Assembly: GCA_040954595.2 (NCBI GenBank)
Contig: CM082589.2
Span: 586,988-650,987, forward strand
DNA length: 64,000 nucleotides
Reading direction: 5' to 3'
DNA from: Balanoglossus misakiensis
Lineage: Eukaryota > Animalia > Hemichordata
The notes beneath the pieces are model-generated. The model worked only from the letters and a program-made list of their open reading frames with translations, was not told the origin of the DNA and ran no database searches. Positions 1 through 11,888 of the stretch are shown one piece after another (positions within the stretch are counted from its first letter, which is position 1; every line of letters starts with the position of its first letter). Position numbers and translations under genes: made by a program.

Positions 1-230
1 AATAAATCCATTCCCTCGTTAGATTGCCAGCATTTTAATAAAATGATGACTGGACGCAACTAAGGGCGTGAATATCATTTACATAATAATTGTTATCTGA
101 TGCTCAGTTGACATACATGTAGTTGCGCATGCCTATTATACTAGGACAATTGGTACCAAGGAACGATGGTACGCGGTATGTCCACGAACGGAGTCGACCT
201 TTTGTTCAGCCCATTGCATTCCGCCCTCTA

Positions 231-360
231 CTGTCATTCATCAGAATAAAATGGTGAGGGTGGATGAAAAACGTGGGAGCCGAGGGCGTTAGTTGGCATA
301 CAGTCACAACACTGAACACGTTTTATCTCACAAATTCCATTTTATTCTGATGAATGACAG
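231..360. repeat. Fold-back (MITE-like) element with 24-bp perfect terminal inverted repeats
   Basis: 231-254 CTGTCATTCATCAGAATAAAATGG is the exact reverse complement of 337-360; an imperfect inner extension (AAAACGTG/CACGTTTT) is also present. No clean TSD. Confidence 0.7.
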
Positions 361-458
361 AAGTATGGAACATTGCAACTACGCATTTTCAACATATCAC
401 ATACTTGGTAATTCTGTGCTTCAAAAACCATTTCTCCTGATTCAAGTTCGAAATTAAT

Positions 459-762
459 AATCGAGGTTCTTACGTTTTACAACCAACAAAGTCGAATTTT
501 TTTAAGGCTCTAGCTTACAAAGTCTTAATTTTAGTCTATGCAATGATAATTTCTCATTAAAAATTAACAATTATCGCTCTATAGCGCTCTCATATCATCA
601 AGATTCTTAGATAGGCAGTTTCATGCATATAGCCGTGGTTCTCACCGAAAAATCGTGGTTCTTACGTTTTACACCCTACAAAATCAAAACTACTCTAGGT
701 TCTAGCTGACAAAGTCTTATTTTTAGTCGATGATAATTTCGTATTAAAATTAACAATTATCG
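459..762. repeat. Two-copy direct repeat, about 115 bp unit, 192 bp period
   Basis: 459-576 and 651-762 share AATCG.GGTTCTTACGTTTTAC...CTAGCT.ACAAAGTCTTA.TTTTAGTC...ATGATAATTTC...AAAATTAACAATTATCG. Confidence 0.8.
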
Positions 763-3700
763 TAATTTATCTCTCAGATGTTTTTTTGGATGGGTTTGCA
801 TAACCACGACAGAAATACCACGTTTCCGCACAAGGAAGGACTATGACTTCAACATAGATTGTTTAAGAAATTAATATTTGAAAAATGTATTCTAACACGG
901 ATGTTCTTGGGTATTCTGACGTGAAGGGGTTGGGGGAATCTTTATATGGTACGAATTTGGACACGCTTATACTGCAACCAGCGGGGGATTCCTGTCTATC
1001 CCAGATCTGAGTCAGCTCGGGTCACCAGGCCAATTTTGTCCGAAAAGCAGGAAGTTCGCAAAAAAAAAAAAAAACGGTGCGTTAGATTCTGTGAACAGTC
1101 ATATCCTACAGTTTAATGTTTCAGTAAGCTAGTAGATGGGCCAAAATATTATCAGAGTGTAAAAATTCCCTTTTCTTTTAGCATTGTCCGCAAAATTCGG
1201 AATATTGCAAAGTTGATGTTGAAACGCGTTTATGTTCTGTGCGCGTTTATGTTATGAGCGCCCTCGTGTGATTTACAACCACAGTGTTTATACATATATG
1301 ACGCCGGGAGGATCGGTCAATCACTTCTCCGGTTCATGATGAAACAGTTTACACTGTGAAGGCCTGATGTTTCGTTGCTGGCAGATCACGAGTGGTAAGT
1401 ACAGTACTTTTAACTCCATTCAACGTAAACGTTTTGATATACTTCAGTATACACATCTGAGATATTATGTCAGTTTCTCTCGAAGAACTGTTTGTCGATT
1501 TCAACCGGTGATTACAGCTCGATCGGACGCCGGTTTCCGGACATTAATTAATTAATGACTGATCGTTGTGGTCAGCTAGCTGCCCGCATTCGTTTCAGGT
1601 ACTACGTTCAATAACAAATGTTTATCATCACAGGTAGGTCGACAACACAATGTTTCGATTCGTCATCAACCTGTCGGTAGATCGGACGGAATACTCTTTT
1701 TGGTGTTCAAAACTGTTTCGTTTACCGGGTTCAGACGATTAACACCACTATCAGTAGCTCAATTTTAATATGTATTTTAAATCGATGAGAAGCGAGATAA
1801 TATTGCAGGTCATCGCTTTAAGTAATTTACATTCAATAATGGTGGAGGTTTATTTCTATTATAAACATATTCGTTCTGTTTAATTCAAATTGAGGTTTGG
1901 TACAAGAACTTGTCTCCAACATGCAAATAGGTCTAAGTGCATTTTTGCAGGTATGATCTTTCTCTCAGAGGTTAGGTGAAAGCTGCCCGCAGTATTTCAA
2001 TGATATTCCCAGAGGGAATACATAATACCAACCTACAACCAGAGAATGGTAAAAATCACAAAAAACCTGCAAGTTAATACTTTTGGCCAGAAGGGAAAGT
2101 GAACTGATACAAACAGAAGGATTAAAAACGTTTCTTGGCAAAATGAACACCATTTGTGGTTTACGCTTGTAATCCCAGTTTGGAAAACCCAATATCGTTT
2201 GGAAAACCTGGATCTCCTGAAAACTGGCGTCTGCCAACACATTGCAACATTGGCTTCAGCCCCAGGGGATCAAGGAGAATACTCTTTGCAGCATCTGGTG
2301 GACACTGCTTGCAAAGTGATCTCACAACCAAGTCATGCCTTCAGTAAATTGATATCTGTTGCTTCTGTATCATATATGAGTAATCTTCGTTGTATATCAT
2401 CAGGTTTCATTAGACAGTTCACTGGACATCTTCACCTGCTAAGCTCCAATTATTGAGACATTCCATTAATTCTGTGGGGGGGGGGGGTTGCATGGACATC
2501 ACCATCCCAGGAACTCACCATTCTCAGAAGATGAAAGCTACATGCAGTACTAGTAGGTACCCCCTCCCCCACCCCAGCCCTAGTCTATACTACTTCATGA
2601 TCTAGTTGCTAACAACTGAGACATATTTGTCTTCAATGTGAAAATAAAACAGCTGGCTGCATATATTTAAAAAATGTTCATTATTATAACTTATAGTGTA
2701 TGCATTCAGATGTTTTCATATTACTATTTTGGATATATAGAAAATTGTCCATTATAGTATGCACACAGGGATTTTTTAAATAAGAGAAATACATAAAATA
2801 CTTGCAAAACTCTTCAAATTTAGGTCATTTTTTAAAAGCATTTACTTCAACCATACTGCTGGGGCTATTTAAAAACTGGGACATTTTACTATTTTAAGTT
2901 CTCCATTGCAAAGCTGTAAAATTTCAGGAATGTGAACAGAATGTATTTTTACAATTCAGACAATAGAATACTGGTACATCTGTCACAGGACATCACCTAG
3001 ATGCATTAATTATTTTGCACATATCCCATGATTCAAAGCAATTCATTTTTGATTACTCAGTATATCACATTTTAGAAGTCAATGTTTTTTGAAAGTCTGT
3101 AAAAATGATTAATACTTTCTTTCTATTTTGTAACTTAATCAATCCTTCACAAAGAATTGAAACCGTGCCCTTGGGGTCATAACGCCTCAGGTTGTGAAAC
3201 TTACTTTTTCCTCCCCCACCCCCCCACTCAAAGAGACCAACGTGAACAATTTTAATGTCAGGATGTATCACAGAAATGTTTCATTCATTAAAATTTAAAG
3301 AGTCTGTCTGTGTTTAGATACAGCATATCAGGGTTCTATGGTTTCATTTCATAAACACACATCCTGCTTATAGAAGTAACAAAGAAGCTTATTCTAATGA
3401 GAAATAAGATATTTTAGATGGGCGAATCGAATTACAAGTCATCTAATTTACACTCAGTTTATTTTAATCATTTCACTAAAGTTTGACCTCTCCTTCAGAA
3501 AGTTCAGTGTTTATTGATTCTTTTTGAAAGTTATTTTCTTCCACTTTAAAAGAAATGTAGAATCAATAATTGGGATTTTATCACACACAAGCAAACTATG
3601 AAACTCAGTTAATGACGTCGTTATCAAGGAGAATTCAATCAATCTTTAGTTCCTCGTTAATCTCATATGAATTGGACCCTGGACTAGGCTGGAGGCATTC

Positions 3701-4489
3701 GGGCCGACCTGAGCTTTTCCCTTGACCCGTGGAATCATGGGCCGGCACGGTGTCGTGTAGTCAAGTGAGGCCAGGCGGTATGTGTTTGTGTTTTCAGCTG
3801 TGTCTGAGACCACCGCTGCACAAGCGTTTCTCAAATTGGCCGAATCTGACTAGAGCTAGGGTTGGACTGAAATAATCCTCTACTGGGGAATAGATCTAGC
3901 AGGTGTTCACTCTTACAAAGTTTGCCAAAAATAATGCATCTGACGTCCACATGTTTGACTGCATAATGCCACCTTGAACTGTGGTTTTAGACTGTGCTTG
4001 TATTGGACCCAAAGTACATATGCTACTGGTTGCTATTTCGTTCCTGCCAGATGGTTGTAAAATATATTTGAAAATTCACCATATTTGTTTCTGTTTCAGT
4101 ATGTTTTTTCATATTCAGCTTCAAAATCATGATCAGGGGCATAGTTGTGGTCACTGATAGAACCTGGTAACTTTTGATGTTGGAAACAAAATCCTGTTCC
4201 CCCGCCTGAAGTAGAGGAACGAAAGTTACCTGTGCAAATCACCCAATTCCCACGAAAACGAAATGCCCGGTATTTCTTTTCAGGAGACATTATTTTACTT
4301 GCCTCGTAGATCACTACATTGAAACACAAAAGGAAAAGGTGGGCCTGGCATTAAAGGGCAATTGTACCTACCCATTGCCTGCAGGCGTTTGTGATACATT
4401 GCAGTTTCTATCCATTGCGTCAATACTTCAATATTTATGTAGCAGCTGGTGGATATACTCAGTCTGCTGTCAATTGTGAATTGTGAAGT

Positions 4490-4583
4490 TTAACCCTTTC
4501 ATCCCTATTACCCTCTGTAGAGGTCCAGTTTACCATAGAAAAGGACCAAGTTTGGACCAAACCATGGTGGGGAAAGGGCTCAA
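4490..4583. mobile_element. Short degenerate non-autonomous DNA element (TTAACCC...GGG ends, piggyBac-like MITE relic)
   Basis: Left end TTAACCCTTTC, right end GAAAGGGCTCAA. The internal CCAAACCATGGT recurs in reverse at about 60545 and a similar segment lies at about 14345-14376. Confidence 0.35.
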
Positions 4584-7500
4584 TCATAGCCAAAGACCTG
4601 CTGTCTAGAAACTGATTTGAAACTTAGGTCCAATAGAAAAAAAAGGAATGGTAGCCCGCCATAGTGACAGGGTTCTATCAAAGATTGAAAAACAGGTTAC
4701 CACATTAATTTGATAGACATTCATGGCTTAAACTCTGCTTCTGGAGGAGGGCACGTTGGTCCATAAATTCTGTCTGAGTGTTTGCACAAAAAAGACCATT
4801 TTAAGTGACACAGCCAGTGAAGGGACATTGGTCTGCAGAGTTGAAGTTACTACACAGGTAAAACCTTCACATCTGAGTTACACGTTCTTGTATTGTACAT
4901 TGTGCCTAAGGTGACAAAACTTGTAGACAGGGCATCGAACAAAGTAACCAGTGTCAAAGTTGGTCTCAAATCTAACTTAGTACCATTCACGTGGTTAACA
5001 GTTCATTTAAGTTTCCATGACAACATTGAAGTACTGGCTGGGACCAGAGATAACATTGTTTGAATGAAGTTTGGGTTGGTGACTTTTCTTTCACTTGATA
5101 GCATTTTCCGGTCTATTCATTATTTATCTCAGTGTGTACATACAGGCACAGTGTACTTTTTATCAAGTGTATTTTGCATACATGGCTGATCAATGTCACT
5201 GTAACTGTGCTACTGGTAACCAGAAGGAAGACTTGTCCAGCTAGCTTACAAGTTTCAATGATAAACCTTACAAGGCATTAGTATCAGTGCTTGGTCTAAA
5301 CTGGTACATGTATTCTCAGGTTTATTAACTTAAAACACTAATATTGGTTACACTTTCTGCAACTGGTAGATCATGTAGATATTGTCTATATTCTTTGCTG
5401 CGTTAATACATATTAATTCAATTTATTTCCATAAATCTACATTAATTGCACAGGAAAGGCAATCATTGTGTGGGTGTTTGTCTAAATTTAAAGTTTAATT
5501 TCTATTCATAGAAAGACTTGCATAATCCTCTACACAGATGCCTAGGCCTTATGGTCAGAGCCATACATATTAATATCATGAGAATGGAAGAGTGTTTTGT
5601 TAAAAAATTGAAAATTTGTCTTTCAGACCAATACATGTATCATGTTTCCAAACCAACCTCTTGATTGGAGCTTTGCACTGCTATTAACACACACAAAAAT
5701 CTTTCCAAAGAAAACTGAGTCGGACTAAGTGTAAAGTAGAAAAGTTGGTCCCAGGAATAAAGTTCCAGGGATCAATAAAAACCAGCAAACAAAGAGAAGT
5801 TCCACGGAAAGACAGAGGTCAACGATATTCAATTCCGACTTCCGTTCACTGAATGAGAACCAAACAAACATGTTTGTGGAGCGAAAGCAAAACCTGATAA
5901 AAGACGGTGTAAATTTGGCATTCAGGGGTTCTAAAGGGAGTATGTCCTTGTGTCGATTTCTGTCTTGTGTTCTTTGTTGAACAACCAACCCTGTGATTTG
6001 CTGTCAGAAACATTAGAAGCGCCAGCAGGACCAAGATGATACCTGGGATAAGTTGCTTGTGTACAAAAGGTGGGATTTTAGAGCACACTTATTGCCACTA
6101 TACTTTAACACAAATACTTCAGGAGACTTGTGTTTTGGTTGTTCTTCAGTATTAGTGCAATCAGTAATGAAGACAACCATCCATCTGAAAGTACATGTTA
6201 CATACAGTAGAGAGAGAGAGAGCAAGATTCTTATTGATGAGTTTTCACTGCTTCTAATCAAGCCAGTTAGGAACATTCAATTACCTGAAATATCCATTAA
6301 AAATAGGATTATATATTAAAAAATGTATTCCTGACTGGTAAATAAACTGACCATCTGCGATCAAAATTTATTTAGATTTATCATTATGCGACACAGAGTC
6401 CAGTGGCTTCGAACAAATAAGTCATCACCCTTTGGTGAACCTCTGGTACAGAAACCGAATTATCACTGGAAAGGTGTGTTCGAGCCCATATTTGGCGTTA
6501 ATCGCAAATGACATTAAAATAGGTAAACACACAGCCAGATAGGTTGGAAACACAACCACGAAAGATAAATTATTTATCGTTAGATATTTCGTGGACTTTA
6601 ATATATTACATACAGATATTATCGCTAGACAACAGTGACCTCATGACCCACGAAATGACCCTCGTTGAACCAATACAATGACGTTTTCTGTTCAAAAGTC
6701 CGGTATCATTCATTGCGTCAATCAGCAACTCGGACGCTTTCAAACTAGGATTGCCTTATCAAAGGTGTCGCTTATAGTTCTAAGTAACGGGTGACGCAGT
6801 TACTGTTTGCTTATTTGTTGTTTGGTCTGAAGTCTGGATCCCTGGATTGTTAGTTCTACTTGTTCTGTCCAAGGTTGGTTGAAATTCGTCTCTTAAATAT
6901 CAGGATGTTTGTACAGTTGTAATGGCTGACTTTGAGCGAAAACGCCGTTATTTGCTACAATTATGTCATCGAGAGTTTCTCTCCTGACCAGTGTCAACTT
7001 GCTTGATGTGCTGGTATGGTATGTAACACCTGTTAAGCCAGTCCCCTAGCAGTTTTAGAGTTTTCTTGTTTTCATATAGTTTTAGTCTAACAAAACTCTT
7101 AAAAGTTATAGCAAATGAAGCTTTAAGACTTGTTTACATGATCGACCATTCAACTGGTTCATTTAGGAAGTAAACAATTCTATAGAATAGTGACTCATGC
7201 AGCCATCATGCTTGTGTCATTAATTTTAATACATCATTCATGAAAAATATATCATTAAATTCCATCATTCATCAGTCATATTTCAGTAACTAACTAAGCC
7301 AAAGTTTTTTTGCTGCAATTTGAGCTACACAACATGTACACGACACTTCCTGTCAATTTGACACCAACCAATCAGATTCCAGAATTCCAGTTTGAAATAG
7401 AAACCATAGAAACCAGCCAATCAGATGCCACTGAGAATTCAGGCTTGAATCTGACAAGTAACGACTAGTTGTGTTGTACATTTCCATCTTGAATTAGGCT

Positions 7501-10500
7501 TTACATCATGTCTAATTTGAGCAGGCAGTTTAGTTTGAAATGAGGGCCCATGTAGTTGTACTTGTCATCAGAATCTTTCAGTGGACGTGTCATCAATGTG
7601 TAGCAGGTGGCTATAATAGGGAAACTCAGCCATTGGGAAATTGCCAAGCATTAAACATATCAGTCAAAGATCAGTTCAGTTTGAAACATGATATTGTGTT
7701 TAAATTTTATTAGTATGACTCTTGCAAGTAGATGTCAAAACTATCGCAGACATGAAAAGTCCCGTGTGCAAACTGAAAGTGCTAAAACTGGTGTTAATAT
7801 CCAATGAACTGAGACAAGTTTAAGCTTTGCAATGCTCTTGGGATCTTTAAGACGTTTGGAACAATCTTGAAGGAAAGGAATCTGATAAACCTCTCTTGTG
7901 AAAATATTGATTTCTTTTTTTACGAACGAAAGCAGCTTAGAAGAAACCAGACAACCACCTGTCGGCATTTTAATCTTTGTTTTGCTTTTACTTTTGTGTT
8001 GATCTACTGACATTAATGTTTTGCTGTCACAGTTAGAATCTAAGTTGTCTGGTGCTTGTATTGCCTACATTCTCTACATTTATCTCTAGTGACCTCATAT
8101 TACATAAAACAGGTGTTCATATTATTAAATATGTTCATGTTTTATCTTAATAGTGGAGGAAGTTTTCCAAATCATTGAAAACATGTTTTAAAAATATCCG
8201 CAGTCTGTGTGTGTTTCATTTTGTGGGTGGGAATCTATTTTTAGCGATGGCTTCAGCTGACATCTGAAATTAACGTGAGAAGATTTGGTTCGAATTACAT
8301 CAGAGACGTGTAAGTGTCTCTGTGCGGGGTTTTGTGAAGAGTGTGGGAAAGTGATCTTGGGTCAGAATGGTATTGTTGACAGGGAGAGAGTTGGTCGGGT
8401 ATTGTTGGTTTGGGTTTTTAAGAGAGGCACAGAGCAATCAGCAGGGGACGTGTTGGAACAGGCCAATGACAAATGAGGATTCAGTTTGGAGAACGCTGAC
8501 CTGCTTTTAGGAGATTGAGAATCCAGCTGTGACTAGAGGTGAAGTAGATTTGCGATTTTTGGTTTTGGTTCAGAAGTGAAATATCTATAGTGAAAACTTT
8601 GTGCAGCTACATCGACTGGAGTGAACGGAAACGTAGCGTACGGTACGTATTGTATAGTACGTATGTACGTGCGGTGCGCGAGTGTAGTGATGTGCATCCA
8701 AGGTACACAGGGTCAACTTCAAAAAGCGACTGACACTGCAAGCTTGAATACAAGTGTCATCACTGCTCTCCGGCCAGTGTTTGAGCATTGTCTGCTCGCA
8801 CGGGTCGTTAGCTTGACTTCATTCTCCCTTGGCGGGCAAAGATAGTGAGTCAGTACTGACAGGTTTGTTTCGGCTGGCCACAATTTAGAATTTGTCAGAG
8901 CAGTAGCCCTGCGTACAGGTCTCTGTGTTCGCGGCGTTACACCGTTATTATATTTCAAAATATTGAATTAATTTTGCGTCCAATCAAGAGAAATATTCTC
9001 ATCAAAACAGCTGGTTATTTGCTAGTAACCTTTCACCTAGGTCAGTCCACCTACATGATACGTAAGAATAAATTATGCTAAATATATACAGATATTCTTC
9101 AGTATGATTTTGTGTTATATAATCATCAGACAATTGGGACGTTTCTTTCTCTTAAAAATTGTATTAGAATGTTGTCAAAATTGATATTGTAAGAAGAATA
9201 TGTGCACCAAATATTTGATTTGAAAAATTGCCATTGGTATAGTGTATGTGGAATGTTGTAAGTACTTGATGTTGTGGCAGACACTATGAAGGTTTAGCTG
9301 TTGACTATCTGTGAAGTCTGTTATGTAATTGTTGTCCTTTCTACAAAAACAGTGAAGCAGAGACAGTCTGAGGAGCTCTGCGTGGCAGGGTTGTGCGTCT
9401 TACGACTTGGCATCTGGACAGTGGTGACGCCCAACCCAGCCACCCAGAGCAAAGACCATACCTGTTACTGTTTAAAATATATACTAGATAATGCAAATTT
9501 CATTATACAAAGTTCAAATTTAAAAAGGAAGATTGCATAATTTTTGACATGCAATCAATAATTTGTTGAGTGACATCTTTGGTTTGAATATTTCACCCTT
9601 GGATGCAGAGGCTCAGCTGGTGAATTGGTAGTGATAATTTGTGATGAATATTTCATAAATTCCAATCTGATGACGTCAAGAGAGATGACACAATTATTAA
9701 TAAGCTTCATCCTCAGATTAAAGCCTATTGTCAAGCTGTGCTCAATAACACCACTTATGTGGTACATCAATATCAGGATGATTCCCGTGAAGGTGGTTTT
9801 CAGGCTTTGACTGTTGTCACTGATGATTTTCTCTCAGAGATTTTAAGCCAAACTGTCAGCATCATCTGAGCATGAGTGCCACTTATATCACCATGGTAAC
9901 ATATTCTTGACATCCTTTCTCTTTGTTGTTCACAAACACAACTGAACATGCCAACTTTACTGTTACAAAAAAGATGTCGACGTGCAGGTACCTTTGTGTA
10001 AACAAAGGTGTTGACAAAAGTATTAAAAATAGACTTTGAAAACAATATTCAAGGCTTGTGGATGTTTCACACAGAAAACATTGCTATGTTTGTTTGTTTT
10101 AATGTGTCTGTCAACCTTGTACTTGTAGGTCTTTCTGTCTGCTCAGTATTAATTGAGGATGTGATTTAGCGCTTATTAAATTTCTGTGTTACTCTGAAGC
10201 AGCCATGTTGTTTTTTTGGCCGGACAATATCAACATCTGGTCTCCCTGACTTGTCCGTGACCAATCGACAGGAGAGTCTAAAACATAAACCTTGATTTAC
10301 CAATGAGTTAGTGTGGTCAACAACATGTATATCTATTTGGTCAGATGAAAGCTGTCTGGTCATCCAGTGTTAAGCAGAGCTTTCACTCCTGTTTCACTGT
10401 ATAGTGGTCCAGTATCAATAGGGTGAGACCAAATTGTAATGGTGGAAGGTTGGACTGGTCCAAGCTCTGAACTGCCTATTAACATAAGTGCTCATTCTAC

Positions 10501-11779
10501 AATTGGCCCATCGAAGTTGTAGACCGAGACCTTGACCGGTCTCTAGGCCTTGAACTGTCCACAGACTTTTTTATGGACCGGTCTATGAAAAGGTTTTCTT
10601 TAGGCTTAAATAGAACATAGTCAGTCAGCCTTGGTTGATATATACAGACAGCCATGTTGCTGAAAATATTTAAAAATCATTGAAATTTGCCAAACGCATA
10701 CCAACAACTCCATGTGTTAGCAGTCATGATGTTATATGTGCCAATTGACACCAAGTTTTCTGGTGATCAACACAGAAAGTCCAACACCAGAACATTTCAA
10801 AGGTCAGTGTCATGCTATAATCCAAGTTCAAAGCTCTATGCAATTCAGGAGGTTACAGAAATACAGATTAGCCTTTCAGGGGATAAATTTGCATGCAAAA
10901 AGCCATTGAATTTTTTGCTGCTGAAAAGGTCAGACGTTTTTTGTGTGAATCACAGTACATGTACATACAAGAGGCAGTTATAGAAAAAGACCACTGCATT
11001 CACCGATTTCAGTCTCTGCTTACAAAGACATTTCTGTCCCAGAGTCTGTCGGTATTTAAACAACGGACTTGTCTCACCATCATACAATGACGCCTTTGAT
11101 GAACTCAGATATTACTGGTTGAGAATATCATCAAGTGGCTACAATGTAACTATGTCACGACCACTTTGACATTGGAAATATAAATCAGATTTGTATGTGT
11201 GTGGTTGTCAAGTAATTGTTTTTGTGCAAGTTTGAAATTATTATCATTTCCAGTCAATAAACTTAGGGTCCAGGGTGAATTAATTGTTTGCGCTTCTTCT
11301 GTAGAATACAAAAGGAGAATCGATACACCCACAAAAATACTCATTGTGTTCTCCCACGAACACAATGACCAACCAAGCCCTTAATGAATCATCTCAATTA
11401 CTTTCGAGTCGGAACTGAAGAAAGTGATTGTTTTTTTGGAAAATGTTCCCAGACTTTCGACGTTGTAGAACTCAAAATATGTTGCAAGTGATTTGGTTTG
11501 TTGATATTGGTACAGTTAAAGAAATGACAGAAAATGTGGGAAATGTTTGTGAATAAGCTTTAAGAAATTGCCGCACAACTCCACACTGTTACATTGACAG
11601 TGACTTTGTGTGGGTTCCAGCTGCTGTTTCCATTGTTAGGGAAATGACGTTGAGTCGACTGGTCAAGCCCCGCTTTTGGAAAATGACCAGGTGATTAATT
11701 ATTCATGAGGAGAGGAAGGAATACCTTCAGAGTGAACAAAGGCGTCCAATCAAATGAATGAGTGACTTAAGTGGTTCTT

Positions 11780-11799
11780 TTCTGTGTTGTTCCTTTCAG
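11780..11799 (+). other. Splice acceptor of the FAM110 coding exon
   Basis: Polypyrimidine tract TTCTGTGTTGTTCCTTTCAG ending 89 nt upstream of the ATG at 11889. Confidence 0.7.
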
Positions 11800-11888
11800 G
11801 TAAATAGGGGCACCAACCGCCAACACTGAGGTTACAGTACAGGAGGACAATTTTGAACCACCGGCGGTGACATGACACAACCCAGAAA

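Noticed and set aside
4096-4329. Short ORF containing DHNYAP (HCF-binding/THAP-like, MBIV-like)
   Set aside because: No THAP Cys/His pattern, non-ATG start, far from MYC; likely chance.
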